64,000 nt of DNA from an uncultured Nitrospiraceae bacterium (GCA_963727775.1 CAVSHB010000001.1:992001-1056000); one strand, 5' to 3'; positions 43,506-56,033 are shown, counted from the first letter of the stretch. A program made the numbers and translations. Notes: a model not told the origin generated them from the sequence alone.

Positions 43506-43976
43506 TTACCGGATTTCATCAACGCTCACTCCGGGAGGGATTAAGTCCGGGGCGTAAGCCCGGCCCTGAAGGTTCCGCATGTGCCCCCATTTCTCTACAA
43601 CAACCTGGTTCGTTCTCACTTGGAGGCGCCTTCGGCCCGGTTGACGCGAGGTCTGCCGGAGGGCTTTCTCGTATTCGCCAGCATAAGTGCCCAGAAGCTG
43701 CGTGAGATCCGGGTGGATAAGTCCATTCCAGGCGATTCCAAATACTATGCCGGACGGCGAAATGTATTCTCTCACGACGGTAGAATCAGAGGCGAGTTCG
43801 TGGACGGTGTAACCAGTGCCGACTGTAGCGGCACGCCGCACTGCCGACAGGGCCTTTCTATCCAATGTGATCGAATCGGCGGATTCACCGAGAGTGGCCT
43901 GAGCTTGCTGGACAGTAACCAAAATAGCTACCGATAGTCCGAGACTGAGAAAAAGGGCATAAGGTCTTATTTTCAT
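43506..43976 (-). CDS. DUF2844 family secreted protein
   Basis: A.ATLG, VREY..SGIVFGIAWNG..PDLTQLLG.Y, GHMR...GRAY.P..IP.GV; upstream of DUF3443. Confidence 0.9.
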   Translation of the reverse strand: MKIRPYALFLSLGLSVAILVTVQQAQATLGESADSITLDRKALSAVRRAATVGTGYTVHELASDSTVVREYISPSGIVFGIAWNGLIHPDLTQLLGTYAGEYEKALRQTSRQPGRRRLQVRTNQVVVEKWGHMRNLQGRAYAPDLIPPGVSVDEIR

Positions 43977-44026
43977 GGGATTGGGTCCCCCTTCATTTCT
44001 TGATTTGAACCGGTCTTCCCCTATTG

Positions 44027-44521
44027 TTAAAACCCCCGTGACCGGCCGCCGCGTGATCCTCTGCCGCCTTGTTCGTCACTACGCTGTATCTTTTCACTTT
44101 GTTCTTCCCTGAGCTTTTCGTACTCTTTCATCTGTTCCTTGGTAAGAATCACGCCAAGCCGCATATCAGTCTTCCACTGAAGTTCCTGCAGCTCATTTTT
44201 TATTGCGCTTCTGTCCTGTGCATCCCTTTTCAATATCTCACGACGCGTCTTAACGCTTTCCTCGATGATCGGACGTATCTTTGTTTCCTGTTCTTCGGTC
44301 AGGTTAAGACGCTCCTTCATTTTTGCCATGACCTGCTCGGCAGAACTGTTCGTATCCGGCAGGTCAGCAGCCTGCGCCGGAATCGGCTGCGCCATAAAGA
44401 TCGCAGCTATAAGCGTAATGCAAGTTGCAAAAGCAAGATGTTTCAGCAGACTCCTATTTCTTAAGCCCAGGACACGGCATCTTATTGCTGCCGAAGTCAC
44501 TGTCATCAAATCATTATTCAT
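44027..44521 (-). CDS. Spy/CpxP-like (LTxxQ) periplasmic protein
   Basis: Signal peptide; LNLTEEQ and ILTKEQ motifs. Confidence 0.75.
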   Translation of the reverse strand: MNNDLMTVTSAAIRCRVLGLRNRSLLKHLAFATCITLIAAIFMAQPIPAQAADLPDTNSSAEQVMAKMKERLNLTEEQETKIRPIIEESVKTRREILKRDAQDRSAIKNELQELQWKTDMRLGVILTKEQMKEYEKLREEQSEKIQRSDEQGGRGSRGGRSRGF

Positions 44522-44546
44522 GGTAAGCTACACGCGCAATCCACCG

Positions 44547-45098
44547 CTAACGCTCCGGAGGTGCCGTATCCGGGTATGGCGTAGAATACCCCGGTCCTGG
44601 TGGCGGAGGAGGTAGGGGCACAATTCTCCGTGAACGGGGAGGCTGCGTCACTACCCCTGGGATTTGGTCCCCTTTAGCATACATGCATTGTGTATATGCA
44701 ATATCATACCGATGCTGCGCCTCCCGTCCGTAAAATTGACCGGCGTTGGCGCCTGAGGCAGTTCCAACCAAAAGTCCGCTGCCGGCCCCGATAGCTGCGC
44801 CAGTACCTGCATGACCTGAAGCAGCACCTATGGCTGCGCCAAGACCTGCGCCGATGGCCGTGCCGACAACAGCCCCTGTGGCAGTATTCTGGTTGATAGT
44901 CTCCTGAGGGGACAGCCCGCTCTGCTGTGCTGCCCACTGCCTGCAAATGGCGTCATCAGCCTGAAATTGTTCAAAGGTTTTTCCAGAACCTGGCAGGGCC
45001 ATAACGCTCGGCCCTCTTGGAACGGTTGCACATCCGGCAACCGTCACCAGGAGCAGAGATAAAAAGATAATTATGTTGATGATGTTGCGTTTCCCCAT
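44547..45098 (-). CDS. Glycine-zipper lipoprotein
   Basis: Lipobox VAGC; GxxxG zipper; YDIAYTQCMYAKG; Pro-rich tail. Confidence 0.85.
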   Translation of the reverse strand: MGKRNIINIIIFLSLLLVTVAGCATVPRGPSVMALPGSGKTFEQFQADDAICRQWAAQQSGLSPQETINQNTATGAVVGTAIGAGLGAAIGAASGHAGTGAAIGAGSGLLVGTASGANAGQFYGREAQHRYDIAYTQCMYAKGDQIPGVVTQPPRSRRIVPLPPPPPGPGYSTPYPDTAPPER

Positions 45099-45102
45099 GT
45101 CT

Positions 45103-45480
45103 TCATTCCTCCTCGTCCGGTGGAGCTGGCGGAATAACTTTCAACCAGCCTTTAGGACACTTTTTCACGTATGGATAGTAGCCCTCAGGTTTTCGGCAGA
45201 AATACCAGTAATATCGTTTTTCTGCTTGAGGGATCGGCTGGACATATGCCGGAGGCTGCTGTTGGATGATAACCTGTGTTTCCGGATAATATGGGTAGTA
45301 TGGATAGTACGGATAGTATGGAGGACCCCACCACCACGGACCCCATCCGTCCCATCCTGGCCCTAACCAGATACCCCCACCATGAAAGTGACCACCATCA
45401 CGTGCGTAGCCGGGGATGGTGATTGCAAAGAGCAGTACCAAAACGACAACGACAAGACAACCTGCTTTTTTCATTTCCAT
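45103..45480 (-). CDS. Secreted Pro/Tyr-rich protein
   Basis: Signal peptide; PYY repeats; YWYFC..PEGYYPYVKKCPKGW. Confidence 0.8.
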   Translation of the reverse strand: MEMKKAGCLVVVVLVLLFAITIPGYARDGGHFHGGGIWLGPGWDGWGPWWWGPPYYPYYPYYPYYPETQVIIQQQPPAYVQPIPQAEKRYYWYFCRKPEGYYPYVKKCPKGWLKVIPPAPPDEEE

Positions 45481-45898
45481 CTCCTTTTCTGCGGAGGGTT
45501 TTTGTTTCTTCCCCCATAATTAAGAAAATACTTATCCCTTTTGTTAAAGACATTGAAAACAATAAAAAGGTTACAAGGGAGACAGGATCATCTGGCCAAT
45601 AGCCGGGTTTTTTAAAGGGGTATCTTAGATGAAGTATGTCTGGATATTCCGCTGAGTTCAAACACCCATTCCGGCGCAGTTCGAACACCTCAGTTTTTTG
45701 AGCAAGTCCACCGCCCATGGCATCGGACTTCTGGCCGTACTATACACGGAGATGTTCTTCCTTGTAATAACACCGCACGGAGTCGCTGTGAGGAGCAACA
45801 ATTCACATAGAAACAAATGATTTCAAAAGTTATCCTCTACGATGATTATTATGTAAAATAATCACGTGCAGTTAGTAGAATTTTTGTACGCAAAAAAA

Positions 45899-45927
45899 TT
45901 GACAATTAGGAATAACTCCTATATAGT
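45899..45927 (+). promoter_or_regulatory. perR promoter with a PerR/Fur-like box in the spacer
   Basis: TTGACA (45899-904), 17 nt, TATAGT (45922-27); 7-1-7 IR TAGGAATAACTCCTA at 45907-21. Confidence 0.75.
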
Positions 45928-45934
45928 TTAAATT

Positions 45935-46378
45935 ATGGGAAACAGATTAGAGGCAAATACAATGATGGAAATATTTTATCGGAGATCCAAAGAACACGGT
46001 CTGAAAATAACCCCCCAGCGTACCGCTATATATCAGGAACTGCTCAAAGCAAAGGACCATCCGTCTGCAGACATGATTTATAGGAGAATAGCAAAAAAAA
46101 TACCGAATATATCCCTTGATACGGTAAACAGGACCCTCTTGACTTTCTCTAAAATTGGTATTACAAATGTAGTTGAGGGGTACGGGCAGGCAAAGCGGTA
46201 TGATCCTGATATGGATATTCATCATCATTTCAGATGTATTCAGTGTGGCAGCATAATAGACTTTCACAGCAAGGAGTATGACAACATAAGTGTCCCTGAA
46301 GAAATCAACAAACAGTTTACGGTGATAAGTAAAAAGGTAGTACTTGAAGGTCTTTGCAGTAAGTGCAGAAAAGGCTGA
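45935..46378 (+). CDS. perR: Fur family regulator, PerR-like
   Basis: KITPQR, DHPSA, HHHFRCIQC, CSKC; directly upstream of katG and sodC. Confidence 0.85.
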   Translation: MGNRLEANTMMEIFYRRSKEHGLKITPQRTAIYQELLKAKDHPSADMIYRRIAKKIPNISLDTVNRTLLTFSKIGITNVVEGYGQAKRYDPDMDIHHHFRCIQCGSIIDFHSKEYDNISVPEEINKQFTVISKKVVLEGLCSKCRKG

Positions 46379-46395
46379 TATTTTTTCTTCTTTAA

Positions 46396-46416
46396 TAGTA
46401 TTAATTACTATATAGT
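46396..46416 (+). promoter_or_regulatory. Second PerR-like box plus -10 element upstream of katG
   Basis: TAGTATTAATTACTA (46396-410) directly followed by TATAGT, the same geometry as at perR. Confidence 0.7.
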
Positions 46417-46605
46417 AGTTTTACATAATATTGAGGAGGTGATGACAATGCGTTAAGACAACTGTTCCCCGCTGGTGAATAATAAATAACGATAAATCTA
46501 CACAAATGGTTGGGTTTGACGTGATGATGGTGCTTGATGTAGCTTTTGGTTAAACACATAAGCAAAGATCTGTTTCACTTTAAAAAACAAATAAATAAAT
46601 ATTAG

Positions 46606-48861
<2,256 letters not shown>

Positions 48862-49117
48862 CATAAACGTATAGGGCAACTTAAGTGAAATGCAACGACG
48901 CTATGGGTGATGCTCCTAAAAAAATCAAGATCCGTAACATTGGCAACTGTCTGAAGGCCGATAAAGCTTATGGCAAAGGGGTAGCCGACGCACTTGGTAT
49001 TCCACTGAGCGAAGTGCCCAAATAGCAGCGGGGTAATCTTTCAGGGGGAAATGATTTCACACAAACACCGGGCCGGAACAGCCAGCCCGGAAATATAAAT
49101 AAGAGGAGGAAGATATT

Positions 49118-49639
49118 ATGTTGAAAACTTTGCTTGTCATAGTGTGCATACTGTCGCTTTCCGGTTTTGTCTTTGCTGAGGATATAGTTGTAAAGGTTAA
49201 CCTGGTGGATGAACACGGAGTAGGGAAGGAGATCGGAACAGTGGCTGCATCTGACAGTAAATACGGACTTATCCTTACCCCCCAGTTGAGTGATCTTACT
49301 CCGGGTTTGCACGGCTTCCATGTGCACGACAAACCGGACTGTTCCCACGCCGTGAAAGACGGAAAAGCGATCCCGGCCCTTGCCGCAGGGGGCCATTATG
49401 ATCCTGCCGGCACTGGAAAGCATGAGGGGCCTTATGGAAACGGACATCTTGGCGATCTGCCCGCCCTCTATGTCGCGGCTGACGGAAAAGCAACCCTTCC
49501 TGTCCTTGCCCCTCGTTTGAAGGTGGCGGACATTAAGGGTAGGTCTCTTATGATCCATGCCGGAGGCGACAACTATTCCGACGCTCCTGCCCCGCTTGGC
49601 GGGGGCGGCGCCAGGGTAGCATGCGGAGTCGTCAAGTAA
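49118..49639 (+). CDS. sodC: Periplasmic Cu/Zn superoxide dismutase
   Basis: Signal peptide; [41 protein letters not shown]. Confidence 0.96.
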   Translation: MLKTLLVIVCILSLSGFVFAEDIVVKVNLVDEHGVGKEIGTVAASDSKYGLILTPQLSDLTPGLHGFHVHDKPDCSHAVKDGKAIPALAAGGHYDPAGTGKHEGPYGNGHLGDLPALYVAADGKATLPVLAPRLKVADIKGRSLMIHAGGDNYSDAPAPLGGGGARVACGVVK

Positions 49640-49974
49640 AAGCAAAAAGACTGTAATATTCCTTTGCAACTGTTATAAGAAAATAACATCCTGTGCTCTT
49701 GGCACAGGTCCTTATCAGCGACCCACAGGGTTAACGCCCTGTGGTGTCGCAATGACTTTATTTACAAGGAAAAAATAAAATCAAGGAAGAAAAGCAAATG
49801 ACAGGTGAAGTGATCACCAATTTGAGATGAATTGATGTGCGCAGTAGATGAAGTATTCAACAAAACTATGAGACCCTTGAAAAAGAGTAGTTGTACTCCT
49901 GTGTTTGGGACTAATTGGTATTCTCTGCCAGGCCATAAGGTAACTACGACATCTAAGGCGGTATGGGATAATAG

Positions 49975-50022
49975 TGTCCGAAGTACTCCGGAATTGATGT
50001 CCGAACCCCACCGGAATGTCCA
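49975..50022 (-). mobile_element. Orphan IS21-like terminus
   Basis: rc reads TG-GACATTCCGG-N5-TTCGGACA-TCA-ATTCCGG-N5-TTCGGACA: a TG end with tandem internal repeats. No istA/istB present. Confidence 0.55.
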
Positions 50023-50306
50023 ATTTCAGCTAAACAAAATTGCAGGTGGATACTACAATTCCAACAGGAAGCATTATTTTTCGCTGAACGGTAAAAATGT
50101 CTTTTTGCAAGTATTAGAAATTTTATTGTTTTTAGGTATATGTAAACTAAATTTTCTTAGCTGCTTCATTAAGTCCTCACTTCGTGCTCATACTACGGCG
50201 CGACTTTCCCATCCAATGAAATAGTTTCAAGAAGCGCCAAGAGGTGCATTTGAGAGGGCCGAAGGCGTACTGCCTCCACTGCTTTTTCCACTAAGTTTAA
50301 CATTAA

Positions 50307-51926
50307 CCCGAAAAATGCGTTTGCTATAGGCATACCTATAGAGTCAAGCCTATCAAGGCATTGGCTGATTTGTCGATATAAAAGCTAATACTGATGCTGT
50401 TTCTTGTTCCACCTCCTGAAAATTATGTTCTTTTTATCTAAATGCAGTGCAATTACCAAAACTGGGGGGAAAGTATTGTCCCACGCGGTTAAAGAGGTAG
50501 CGCAGTTTTGATCGTACTTTCTGCGTAAAGACAGAAATCCGCAATACAGGTTTCCTTCCATCCCATCCTAATTGGGCTGGAAGGACAAGATACTTGTACC
50601 GTAAGGTTTTCAAACGTTCTGTCTTTTCTTTTTGACCGAGTATCTGATGCCTGAACAGGACAAACAGATTGTAGATGAATACCCGAATAAGCATAGCCGC
50701 CTCCGTTGAGTAGAAATACTTCATCGAGAACCCGCCGAGTGCAAAATCCTCTTTCAGTTCCTTGATGGTATTCTCATCGTTCGCCCTATGCCTGCATTGC
50801 TTCCATACCTCATATGTAGAATCATGTGAATTGGTTATCCATACGCTATAACGATAATGCCCTGTATCAAACTCATCTCCGAAAAGAGACAACTCTTTTC
50901 CCATCGCGTGCGGTCTCTTCTTGACATCCTGGCGCACTGCAATAAACCTCCTGTCGATTATCCACTCTACATGCTGGAAGAAGAACTCAGTGATCCATAT
51001 CCCTTCTTCTACCTGTGCCCAGTTTTGTTGTGCGTAGATTATCCTCTGCAGCGGACGATATAGGCGAGCAGCTATGATATATACTAATTCTCTCTTCTCA
51101 AGCAGTTCGATGAACTCCCTAAGATAAAATCCACTGTCTGCAATAATGCCCTTGATATCGATATGACCGTTGATCCTCTGCCATGTGGATTCAAAAAATC
51201 CAATAATGTTGTTCCATGACATCACGTTGCCGGGGCGGTTCCAAAGATTTATCACATACTTGTTTCTGTTAAGAAATGCCAGAAGCGGGCTGTGGCTACC
51301 ACGGCCCTTCTTCTTCGGGTTATATCCCCTCTTGACTCCCTCCTGTTTTCCGTATCGCTCAAGGACTGTAGAATCGAACGTCAACCAGTCCTCTTTGAGC
51401 TCTTTCCAGGGGATCAATCTCTTCAAGTATCCCCATAATCCCTCCGACATCTCTTCCACTTCCTTCAGTTTTCTGATCTTCCTGAAAAGCCTGCCCAATG
51501 TCGTCGAGGCGATAGGAAGCCTCTTCACTGCAAAAAGATCGGTGAAAATCTCCTGCCAACCAAGATAAAGTAGATGAGAAAACCTGCTGCCTCCCGCATA
51601 GATCAGAAGGATGTATGCCAATACCTTGCTGTATATCCCCATTCCATTGGGTGAACTCTCATGGATCGGAATCACCTCTTGCAAAATTCCTCTCAATTTG
51701 ATCTTTTCAAAAAATGCAGCCAATAAACTGAATCCCCCATATGCCGTCATCTTCTTCTCCGTAAATCCAATCCTTACTTTATTTATTTCGATCTTTGTGC
51801 TACATTTTGACTGCATATTTCTATTCTCCTTTCGTTTAGAGTTGATGGTCGGGTAAACCTATTGATTCTAATACGAAAGGAGAATTTCTTCGGGGATATT
51901 ATTTTAGGTCAACTGCACTTTTTGGG
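50307..51926 (-). mobile_element. IS1380 family insertion sequence
   Basis: TTAA TSD at 50303-06 and 51927-30; imperfect IRs CCCGAAAAAATGC and (rc) CCCAAAAAGTGC; flanks rejoin in frame. Confidence 0.88.
50434..51816 (-). CDS. IS1380 family transposase
   Basis: TAYGG, FDSTV...YGKQEG, ADSGFY, R...EN.IKELK DDE pattern. Confidence 0.92.
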   Translation of the reverse strand: MQSKCSTKIEINKVRIGFTEKKMTAYGGFSLLAAFFEKIKLRGILQEVIPIHESSPNGMGIYSKVLAYILLIYAGGSRFSHLLYLGWQEIFTDLFAVKRLPIASTTLGRLFRKIRKLKEVEEMSEGLWGYLKRLIPWKELKEDWLTFDSTVLERYGKQEGVKRGYNPKKKGRGSHSPLLAFLNRNKYVINLWNRPGNVMSWNNIIGFFESTWQRINGHIDIKGIIADSGFYLREFIELLEKRELVYIIAARLYRPLQRIIYAQQNWAQVEEGIWITEFFFQHVEWIIDRRFIAVRQDVKKRPHAMGKELSLFGDEFDTGHYRYSVWITNSHDSTYEVWKQCRHRANDENTIKELKEDFALGGFSMKYFYSTEAAMLIRVFIYNLFVLFRHQILGQKEKTERLKTLRYKYLVLPAQLGWDGRKPVLRISVFTQKVRSKLRYLFNRVGQYFPPSFGNCTAFR

Positions 51927-53199
51927 TTAATAATTTGTTTCTTCGGGTCATTAGAGGAAATACTCATCAGCGCAGTCTTACTGCCCGCTGATGTTGGACT
52001 TGATGTGATACTAATAGCGCACGAACTACCCTTTGCTACTACTGTGCAGTTGTTTGTCTGACTAAACTCAACTGCATTTGTACCCGCAATTATTATTGCA
52101 TTTACAACGAGGTCTGATGTGCCTGTATTTTTAATCGTAACTTTTTTAGGAGCAGATGTAGAGCCCACCACGACAGAACCAAAGTTAACTGATGTAGTAG
52201 AAACGGTGGTCGTCGGAGGCGGGTCCTGCCCCGAGAGTTGCACGTTAATGGTTGTTTTCTTAGGGTCACTGGATGAAATACTCATAATCGCAGTTTTATT
52301 ACCAAAAAGAGATGTTGGGCTGAAAGTCACCGAGATAGTACATGAGCTACCTGGAGAGATTACGGTGCAGGAGTTTGTTTCACTGAAGTCATTTGGATCT
52401 GCACCTGCGATACTTATCGAATCTATTATAAGACTGCCCTTGCCCGTATTCTTGACAGTTACTGTTTTCGGAGCAGACGTGCTTCCGGCTTTCAGTGAAC
52501 CGAAGTTAATCGATGTGGGGAGTACGGAGATTTTGGGGATACCAGCCTGAACTGCTGTAAAAGTTGCTGTGACGGTTGTGTCGGCATTCATCGTTATAGT
52601 ACAAGTGCCCATGCCTGAACACCCGCCGCCGGACCAGCCTGCAACTGTTGAGCCGGTAGCCGGGGTGGCTGTCAAGCTTACCACAGTACCAGAGGTAAAT
52701 GATCCTACGCAAGTGGCCCCACAATCTATGCCGGCCGGTGAACTTATCACTTCCCCTGTCCCTGTTGATGTATTTGATTTTGTTAGCGTGAGAGTATGCG
52801 GGACTGTAACCCCTATGCCTGTTAGTGAAGCACTCACTGTTATGTTTGAGTCATATGTTACAACCAGGCTTGCACTTTTAGTTCCATTTGAGTCAGGAGC
52901 GAATAATACTTGAACTGTACATGTTCCCGCTGGGGGAAGTGTCTTACCCGAGCAGGAATCTTTTTGGATACTGAATTCAGAGGGATTGGCACCTCCTTTT
53001 GATATCGATGTTACGCCGGAACCGGCCGTGCCATTGTTTGTGACAATAAAAGTTTGAGGCTGCGAAGAGTTACCAATATTTACGCTACCGTAATCCTGAG
53101 AAGTTGGAGATATGTTTAACGCTGCCTGCGGCAGTGTGTCCGAGAGTTTCAGCACAAATATCTGTCCGCTGTAAGCGTTTAGAGGGATCTGTCCGCTAG

Positions 53200-54902
53200 G
53201 AGTCTGTCGGACTTTCAACATTTCTGAAAAGTTTACTTCTTGAAGGACACGGCAGTCTCTTAAGAACCTTTATTGCAAACTGGGCAGCAGAAATCTTTTC
53301 GGCCTGTAATTATCTAAGTCCGACAGACCTGCATGGGCGTTCCTTATGGCATAATAGACAAGCGGCATAAGAATGAACAACAGGAGATCAGCATAATGTT
53401 CAAACAATGTGACAGAGAGACGATATATTTATTTCCGCCGTCGGTGCAGGAATGGTTGCCCGAGGGTCACTTGGCGAGATTTGTCGTAGAGATAGTGGAT
53501 CAGCTTAATCTTGACCGGTTGAAAAATGATTATGCAGGACGAGGCAGTGAGGCATACAGCCCTGAGATGCTGGTGGCATTATTATTTTACGGATATGCGA
53601 CGGGAGTCTTTTCGAGCAGGCAATTAGAGCGTAGCACGTACGACTCTGTAGCATTCCGGTATGTGGCAGCCAACAGTCACCCTGACCATGACACAATAGC
53701 AACCTTTCGACGTCGGTTTTTGCCTAAGCTGAAAGAACTGTTTGTGCAGATACTAATGATAGCAGCAGAAACCGGGGTATTGAAGTTAGGCACGGTCAGC
53801 TTGGATGGGACCAAAATGAAAGCCAATGCCTCAAAGCACAAGGCGTTGAGCTACGGGCATGCATGCAAAATAGAGAATAAGTTGAAAGTGGAAGTGGCGG
53901 AACTGATGAAGAAAGCTGAGGCTGCTGACAAAGCTGACATTCCTGACGGCATGAACATCCCGGAAGAGCTGGAGCGGCGAGAGAAGCGGCTGAAAATGAT
54001 AGCTGAAGCAAAAGCTGAGATAGAGCGCCGTGCGGCAGAGCGGCATGCAATGGAACAAGCCGACAGTGAAAAGAAACAGGCAGAGCGTGTAGCCAAACAA
54101 AAGCAGAGCGGCAAGAAACCCCGAGGCAAAGGACCCAAGCCGCCTGCAGCCGGGCCAACTGACAAAGATCAGGTCAATCTGACCGATGAAGAATCTCGCA
54201 TAATGCCGGCATCGGGTGGAGGATTCAAGCAGGCTTATAATGCTCAAGCAGCCGTGGATACAGAAACAATGCTTATTGTCGCAACGCATGTAACACAACA
54301 ATCCAATGACAAACAGCAGATGAAACCAGCGCTTGAAGCGCTTACATATCTGCCCGAACAACTTGGCAAAGTAAAAACTATAATAGCCGACAGCGGGTAT
54401 TACAGCGAAGCAAATGTGCAAGAATGTGAGAGCAAAGGAATAGAGCCATATATAGCAGTAGATCGGCAGAGTCATAATCAGCCTTTATGGGAGCGATTCG
54501 TCGAACCGCCTCCATTGCCGGTTGATGCTGATGCAGTGACAAGAATGAAACATCGGTTGAAGACAGTTGCCGGTAAGGCAATTTATGCGATACGCAAGAG
54601 TACTGTGGAGCCGGCGTTTGGGGTAATCAAGGCAGCTATGGGATTTGACCGATTCCTGTTGCGTGGTTTTACTGCAGTCAATGGCGAGTGGGATATGATC
54701 TGCATTGCATGGAACATCAAAAGGCTGCATGCATTGAGGAACAGCCAGGTAGGCGCCTGAAAATGGCGATGGCATAATGTATCCAACAAAACACCGGCAG
54801 GAAAGAACCGATGACAGACGATCAAATCATGAAAAATAACTACAATCGACTCTCTCGGATTCCAACCGCTGTCAAAAACAGCAATTCAAGTCCGACAGAC
54901 TC
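53200..54902 (+). mobile_element. IS1182 family insertion sequence
   Basis: Perfect IR GAGTCTGTCGGACTT / AAGTCCGACAGACTC; CTAG on both sides (53196-99 and 54903-06). Confidence 0.9.
53396..54760 (+). CDS. IS1182 family transposase
   Basis: LPEGHLARFV, SSRQLE, PDHDTIATFR, DGTKMKANAS, YNAQ, ADSGY, VEPAFG. ATG 53396 has an AGGAG RBS (ORF track start 53333). Confidence 0.93.
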   Translation: MFKQCDRETIYLFPPSVQEWLPEGHLARFVVEIVDQLNLDRLKNDYAGRGSEAYSPEMLVALLFYGYATGVFSSRQLERSTYDSVAFRYVAANSHPDHDTIATFRRRFLPKLKELFVQILMIAAETGVLKLGTVSLDGTKMKANASKHKALSYGHACKIENKLKVEVAELMKKAEAADKADIPDGMNIPEELERREKRLKMIAEAKAEIERRAAERHAMEQADSEKKQAERVAKQKQSGKKPRGKGPKPPAAGPTDKDQVNLTDEESRIMPASGGGFKQAYNAQAAVDTETMLIVATHVTQQSNDKQQMKPALEALTYLPEQLGKVKTIIADSGYYSEANVQECESKGIEPYIAVDRQSHNQPLWERFVEPPPLPVDADAVTRMKHRLKTVAGKAIYAIRKSTVEPAFGVIKAAMGFDRFLLRGFTAVNGEWDMICIAWNIKRLHALRNSQVGA

Positions 54903-54904
54903 CT

Positions 54905-55639
54905 AGGCAAGATAACTACAACCGAATGTCCAACTATCCCGATAGGGTTTGGTTCAGGTTGGACGTTGATTTCAAAGGTATGAACAAAACTCGGTGTCTT
55001 GGCGGTTGTCCCGACAACAGAGGCTACTGTGCAAATGATTTAAAATCAGCAAGGGCCACATTTCTTTGGTTCTCACTCACCAAAGTTCTAAACGGTGTAT
55101 ATCCAGTCTGGGCGAATCAATTCGACATCTGGACCCCGAACATTCCCAAGGAAAATGAAAAAATGCTTTATTCACTCTGTTTCGCATTTTGCTTAGCGGA
55201 GAACCGTTGTGTGGTAACGAAGTTCGAGAAAGACAATCCGGTGGAAGGCGCTCCAGAGGTGTTCGTTGACAATCCACTCTGCCCAACCAATCCGGAATCC
55301 TTTTGGTCAAAAACACTCGACAGCGAAATCGTTGAGGAGTCGCAGTTGGCCATTGAGTTGGTAGAGCTTGTCAAGCAACTTTACAAAAAGTGGAATCATA
55401 AATATTGCAAGGGGCAAGTCCTGCGCAGCATCGGGTTACAAGACGAGCCATATTTCAAGTATTTCGACTACAAGGATTTTGTCACACCGCATTCAGGACT
55501 TATCCAAATTCAAAAATATGCTGAAACCCACAACGCGGAAGACCTGATGGAACTCTTCGAGAAAATCTCTGCAAAGACCAAAGAGGTACGAGAAGAAATT
55601 TATAGGCTGTTGACTCAGGAGTTTGCGTATTTTGAATAG
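54905..55639 (+). pseudogene. 3' portion of a larger unknown gene truncated by IS1182
   Basis: The frame is open back to the IS boundary and ATG 54926 has no RBS. Function not recognised. Confidence 0.55.
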
Positions 55640-55658
55640 TCAGCGAGAAATCGAGGAG

Positions 55659-55705
55659 CACCAAATAGGGGCTGCACCGGACGCTGGGTAGCGCCGGTTG
55701 TGAGC
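55659..55705 (+). other. Degenerate attC-like site
   Basis: GGGGCTGCACCGGACGC-TGGGTA-GCGCCGGT hairpin about 20 nt after a stop codon; core sites decayed. Confidence 0.4.
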
Positions 55706-56033
55706 AAGTCATTTCATTGCGATGAACACCTGATACTTGAGAGTGTTGAAAAAATAAAACTATACAAAAGTTCTCCGCGAAACATGCAGCATGTAGTTTT
55801 TGAAATCGGAGTTTTCCATTTATCGAACGCAGTCGCCAACTCCCGCCGGCCTGTGTGTGTTTCTCGGGAAAATTGATAAACTGAGGGTCATTATCTGGTC
55901 GCCGCAGATTTCGTCCCGAACCATGCATTGCTTTCCGGGGCTAAAAGATAAGAAATAAGAGGGGACCGGATTTCAACTTCACCTACGAAGAGTGAAAAAT
56001 GAATGTTGAAGTAACTTAGCGATTATGAAAAGA

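Larger units (their letters stand above)
50227..53199 (-). pseudogene. Third SBBP/Ig surface protein gene, 5' part lost at IS1182 and last Ig module split by IS1380
   Basis: ORF 51899-53221 duplicates the C-terminal modules of 37224-40529. Removing IS1380 restores ..DPKKQIINVKLSGKSSGG..GAS* ending at 50227. Confidence 0.85.

Noticed and set aside
49718..49756. GC hairpin after sodC as an ncRNA or REP element
   Set aside because: I saw only one copy and no recognisable RNA family; it is probably a terminator or repeat remnant.
49832..50224. 130-aa ORF
   Set aside because: It runs across the IS21-like end and AT-rich spacer with no family features.
54905..55639. Assignment as a restriction-modification enzyme C-terminus
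   Set aside because: No methyltransferase or nuclease motif is visible in the remaining part.
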